From: Bdellovibrionales bacterium
GTDB lineage: Bacteria; Bdellovibrionota; Bdellovibrionia; Bdellovibrionales; UBA1609
Reading direction: 5' to 3'
Length of the DNA: 64,000 nucleotides
NCBI GenBank assembly: GCA_965199825.1
Contig: OZ241329.1
Span: 1,736,556-1,800,555, forward strand
Both the position numbers and the translations under genes were made by a program. The notes under the pieces are model-generated. The model made no database searches. It was not told where the DNA came from and worked only from the letters and a program-made list of their open reading frames with translations. Numbering within the stretch: position 1 is the first letter of the stretch; every line of letters begins with the position of its first letter. This document shows positions 60,463 to 64,000 of the stretch, one piece after another.

Positions 60463-61614
60463 CTAGGCTTCAAGAGGCGATTGGCTCGATTGGCTCAGCA
60501 TGACGCTCAGTACAGTCAATAAGAGCACACCGAGGGCGACGGGTAAAAGTCCGAAATGAAGAAGGGGTGCAATTGATGCAGTACTTAACGCAGAAATACC
60601 CAGTGAGAGCGACATCAGTAACCCCGAAGCTTGGCCCGCATGTGATCCGGCATTATCCAGCGATCTTGCAAACAATGTGGGCGCGCGAAATCCAAGACCT
60701 GCTCCGAAACAACACCAACCCATAGAGAGTGTTACAAAATACGAAGGCAAAAACAGCGCGAGACTTAAAAAAATCAAGCCTGATAATATTTGGAGGCACG
60801 AACCAAAAAATAAAACTCTCTCGGTGCCATATTTTTCGACCATGCGTCCACCCTGAGATGCGGTAGCAATAAAGGCAATCACCGCAAGAACTTGAAGCAA
60901 AGAAAAATAGCGCATCGAAATATTAAATGAGCTGGCGATAATTTGGGGAGCACTGGTCACAAACATCATGAGCGCCGAATACATAAACGAATAGCTCAAC
61001 GAACTTTTAAGAAAGTTTTTGGAACCCGCAATTTCTTTTAGATTTTTGAGTAAATTGTTTTTATTGAGTGCGGGATGAGAGGCACCACGTACGACTTTGG
61101 AAACAAAAGGAATAAGTATCAATGTCATCAAAGAGATTGCCCAAAAAGCCGAGCGCCAATCAAAAAACGAAATCAGTATAGCCCCAAGAATGGGACCAAG
61201 AGCAGGGGCAAAAGACTCGGCCATCCCTACCACTGCAATGGAGCGCACAGCATCTGCACCTTGAAAAGTTTTTTTGAGAAGGGCCGGCACCACTGCGGTT
61301 GCGGCTCCAGCGCCTAAACCTTGAAATGCTCGGCCCACAATTAAAAAATCGATATTGTCGGCCAACGCACAAGCAACACTTGCCAAAAATAACAAGGCCA
61401 TTCCGCATTTTAGAATGAGTTTTTCACCGTATTGGTCTGACAACCATCCCCAAAGAATTTGGGAGAAAGCGAGGGTCGCCATAAAGCTTGCAAGCGTGTA
61501 CTGACTTTGAGCAATCGATCCGCCAAATAAAGCGGGCAAACTCGGAACGGCTGGAAGATACAAGTCGGTTGCAAGACAACCCACCGCGGTCAGCGATGCC
61601 AGAGGCAAGGCCAT
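60463..61614 (-). CDS. MFS transporter, Bcr/CflA drug-efflux subfamily
   Basis: About 12 TM helices. N-terminal ...ATDLYLPAVPSLPALFG is typical of Bcr/CflA. GWLSDQYGEK motif A. Confidence 0.85.
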   Translation of the reverse strand: MALPLASLTAVGCLATDLYLPAVPSLPALFGGSIAQSQYTLASFMATLAFSQILWGWLSDQYGEKLILKCGMALLFLASVACALADNIDFLIVGRAFQGLGAGAATAVVPALLKKTFQGADAVRSIAVVGMAESFAPALGPILGAILISFFDWRSAFWAISLMTLILIPFVSKVVRGASHPALNKNNLLKNLKEIAGSKNFLKSSLSYSFMYSALMMFVTSAPQIIASSFNISMRYFSLLQVLAVIAFIATASQGGRMVEKYGTERVLFFGSCLQILSGLIFLSLALFLPSYFVTLSMGWCCFGAGLGFRAPTLFARSLDNAGSHAGQASGLLMSLSLGISALSTASIAPLLHFGLLPVALGVLLLTVLSVMLSQSSQSPLEA

Positions 61615-61709
61615 TTCGATAACGTTCGGTTTTGCAGATTTAACGGTAAACTCCCATTTTAAAAGTGAGTGACCGTACCATCAAAAATCAAAAAGCTAAA
61701 TAATTTTTA

Positions 61710-62228
61710 TTAAGGTGTGAGCTCTTGTTTTGTAAACAAAGCGCTGACTTTTAGGTCTTTTGCAGCCAACTTTTGAATTGCACTGTCCTCGCGCAAGATC
61801 ACACACAAAACGCTTGAGATGCTTGCGCCAAGACCACAAAGGTCTTCGGCAGAGAGCAAAACTTGGCCGCCGGTCGTAATGACATCTTCAATAATCAAAA
61901 CTTTTTTGTTTTTAAGTTCTAGTCCTTCAGCCACTCGACAGGTGCCGTAGGGTTTGGCAGCTTTACGGACAAAGGTACAAGGAAGACCTGTTTCAAACGA
62001 GAGCGCAACAGCGATGGGCACACCACCAAGTTCGAGTCCTGCCAACACTTCGGTGTCCGATGGTAGGAGGGGCGCCATGTGCTTTGCGATATGTTTTAAA
62101 ATATCGGGTTGGGATTCAAACCTGTATTTATCAAAATACTCATTGGAGGTTTGACCAGATCGTAATTTAAATTGGCCGACGAGATGAGAGACCTCATAAA
62201 CTTTTTTTGCTAACTCTTGTTTTGTCAA
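61710..62228 (-). CDS. pyrE: Orotate phosphoribosyltransferase (short type)
   Basis: GQFKLRSGQTSNEYFD and PRPP loop VLIIEDVITTGG. The start is uncertain. I chose TTG 62228 (AAGGG 8 nt upstream). The maximal ORF start 62294 would overlap cutA by 101 nt. Confidence 0.85.
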   Translation of the reverse strand: MTKQELAKKVYEVSHLVGQFKLRSGQTSNEYFDKYRFESQPDILKHIAKHMAPLLPSDTEVLAGLELGGVPIAVALSFETGLPCTFVRKAAKPYGTCRVAEGLELKNKKVLIIEDVITTGGQVLLSAEDLCGLGASISSVLCVILREDSAIQKLAAKDLKVSALFTKQELTP

Positions 62229-62544
62229 TTGCAGGCCCTTTTGTTGCTGTTGAAATCCATTGATCAAATAATGGATGACCTGCGGCGACGTCAATCACCA
62301 CAATACAAGGGCATTCATAAGGATGAAGATCTTTGAGTCTTGCACTCGCTTGAGAAACCGCCTGATCCGAAGTTTTGAGTAAAACCGCAACTTCGGTCTC
62401 GGTTTTGAGTTGATCTTGCCATTTATAAATAGATTTTATTTGTGGAAACAAGTTGGCACAGGCCACAACACCTTCATCAACAAGGCTTGCACTGATTGCT
62501 TCAGCATCCTGTTGATGAGCGAAAGTGGTGTAGATCCATTTCAC
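62194..62544 (-). CDS. cutA: Divalent-cation tolerance protein CutA
   Basis: MKWIYTTFAHQQDAEAISASLVDEGVVACANLFPQIKSIYKWQDQL...EVAVLLKT...HPYECPCIVV is the typical CutA1 fold sequence. Confidence 0.88.
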   Translation of the reverse strand: MKWIYTTFAHQQDAEAISASLVDEGVVACANLFPQIKSIYKWQDQLKTETEVAVLLKTSDQAVSQASARLKDLHPYECPCIVVIDVAAGHPLFDQWISTATKGPAIDKTRVSKKSL

Positions 62545-63077
62545 TGGTTTTCGAGATCACGATAAACGCGGCTCCCGGTTGTGCGCTTTTGACCTTGGTA
62601 TTTGCCGCGATAGGGAGATAAGGCCTGCTGATCCATTTTGCAAAACACGAGCTGACAAATTCTGCGTCCAGCATCCAGCCGAATGGGCAGAGAATTGGCA
62701 TTATAAAGTTCAAGAGTAATCTGACCCTCAAAGCCAGGATCAACCCAACCCGCATTTTGGATAAATAATCCCATGCGCCCGATTGAACTTCGTCCTTCAA
62801 CGAAGGCGGTCAAATCGTCTGGCAATTTGACGTATTCCATTGTGGTTGCGAGCACAAAAGAATGGGGCGGGATGGTGATCGTTTCACCTTCGTACTCACG
62901 GTATTGAATTTCATTTTTTAAATCGAGAACCGAAACTTCGCGGTCTTCGACCTCAAGAAAGTGATTGTCTAAACGGCAATCAATCGATGCGGGTTGAATC
63001 GAATCCTCGGTGATCGGGCTCACATACAGTGAGCCCGATTGAATCATTTCTTTTAAAGTTTTGTCAGATAAAATCAC
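62541..63077 (-). CDS. dcd: dCTP deaminase (dUTPase superfamily)
   Basis: MILSDKTLKEMIQSG...IQPASIDCRL and GFEGQITLELYN motifs. 178 aa. Confidence 0.9.
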   Translation of the reverse strand: MILSDKTLKEMIQSGSLYVSPITEDSIQPASIDCRLDNHFLEVEDREVSVLDLKNEIQYREYEGETITIPPHSFVLATTMEYVKLPDDLTAFVEGRSSIGRMGLFIQNAGWVDPGFEGQITLELYNANSLPIRLDAGRRICQLVFCKMDQQALSPYRGKYQGQKRTTGSRVYRDLENQ

Positions 63078-64000
63078 TTCTTGGCTTCTTCGGCGCGCTT
63101 GGCTTGATACTTCTTCTGAAGTTCTTCTTGTAGGCCACGTGGAGTGGGCGCGTACTTTGAAAATTCCATTGTGAATTCGCCCTTGCCTTGTGTGGCGGAA
63201 CGCAAATCGGTGGAATATCCAAACATCGTTGAAAGGGGAACTTCAGCTTCGACGATCACATAACCTTCGTTATTTGATGTGCCCTGAATAATTCCTCTGC
63301 GCTGATTCACTTGTCCCATCACGTTGCCCTGAAACTCTTCAGGTGCCGAAACTTCCAATTTCATAATCGGTTCAAGAGCTACCGGATTTGCTCGTTCATA
63401 CGCTTGGCGAAATGCGGCCATCGCACAAATTCTAAAGGCCATCTCGCTCGAATCCACATCATGGTAGGCACCATCTTGAAGATGGCAAGCCACTCCAACG
63501 ATGGGGTATCCAATCAAAGGTCCACGAGCCATTTGCTCTTGAAATCCCTTATCGCAAGCAGGGATATATTCACGCGGAATGCGTCCGCCCGTCACTTCGT
63601 TAACGAACTCATAATTCTTGCCGCTGTTTGAATCCACGGGCTGAATGAAACCTACCGTCTTCGCAAATTGTCCTGCTCCACCGGTTTGTTTTTTATGAGT
63701 GTAATCAAATTCGCCACGTCCACCAATCGTTTCGCGGTAAGCCACCTGCGGTTGGCCGGCTACAACTTCGCAATTGAATTCGCGTTTCATTCGCTCGATG
63801 TACACATCCAAATGAAGCTCGCCCATTCCTGAAATAATAGTTTCGGCAGATTCTTCATCACGATGAACTCGAAACGTCGGATCTTCTTTGCGAAATTTGT
63901 TAAGGGCACGAGTGAAATTGGATGCCGCCTCTTTATTTTTTGGCGAAACCGCAAGCGAGATCACCGCGTCGGGCACAAACATCGATGTCAGTGTGTAATT
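63074..64000 (-). CDS. fusA: Elongation factor G, C-terminal domains III-V; the 5' end lies beyond the window
   Basis: The frame is open to the window edge. ISLAVSPKNKEAASNFTRALNKFRKEDPTFRV, GMGELHLDVYIERMKREF and EPIMKLEVSAPEEFQGNVMG. Confidence 0.9.
   Translation of the reverse strand, partial: NYTLTSMFVPDAVISLAVSPKNKEAASNFTRALNKFRKEDPTFRVHRDEESAETIISGMGELHLDVYIERMKREFNCEVVAGQPQVAYRETIGGRGEFDYTHKKQTGGAGQFAKTVGFIQPVDSNSGKNYEFVNEVTGGRIPREYIPACDKGFQEQMARGPLIGYPIVGVACHLQDGAYHDVDSSEMAFRICAMAAFRQAYERANPVALEPIMKLEVSAPEEFQGNVMGQVNQRRGIIQGTSNNEGYVIVEAEVPLSTMFGYSTDLRSATQGKGEFTMEFSKYAPTPRGLQEELQKKYQAKRAEEAKK

Overview
This is a 64-kb chromosomal window from a moderate/low-GC Gram-negative bacterium. 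The type IV pilus genes, three S41-type peptidases, many orphan secreted or lipoproteins and a rather divergent 16S suggest a Bdellovibrio-like or Oligoflexia-type lineage. That is inference only and was not searched. The content is overwhelmingly core housekeeping and is packed into long, translationally coupled units with many ATGA/GTGA stop-start overlaps and frequent GTG/TTG starts. In order: lepA-lepB-lepB; pyrB-carA-orf-carB; an ABC-2 exporter coupled to pilD; pilMNOPQ; rarA; and a complete rRNA operon (tRNA-Ala, 16S, tRNA-Ile, 23S, 5S). A more accessory-looking stretch follows (23.7-42 kb): a GH12-like lipoprotein, phnDCE, an ATP-grasp protein, a permease-MFS-GH15 operon, a fasciclin protein, a CPAF-like S41 peptidase, tRNA-Pro and a porin-led four-gene operon. 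After that come rpsR, rpmB plus an L24-like gene, a nitrilase-family hydrolase, a THUMP methyltransferase, metG, infA, tex, topA, prc, 2-oxoacid dehydrogenase E1 alpha/beta, a Bcr-type MFS, and pyrE-cutA-dcd behind a partial EF-G gene. I saw no CRISPR array, transposase, integrase, phage genes, toxin-antitoxin pair or recognisable defence system, and I cannot point to a clear novel system. The best second-look candidates are modest. They are an unknown 218-aa ORF wedged between carA and carB, the porin + DUF3347-like + Cys-rich + membrane-protein operon, the CPAF-like peptidase, the solitary rpsR with an rpmB/L24-like pair, and the displaced tRNA-Ala in the rRNA operon. All family calls come from motif recognition by eye. 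rRNA ends are accurate to about +/-10 nt, and several CDS starts are uncertain.
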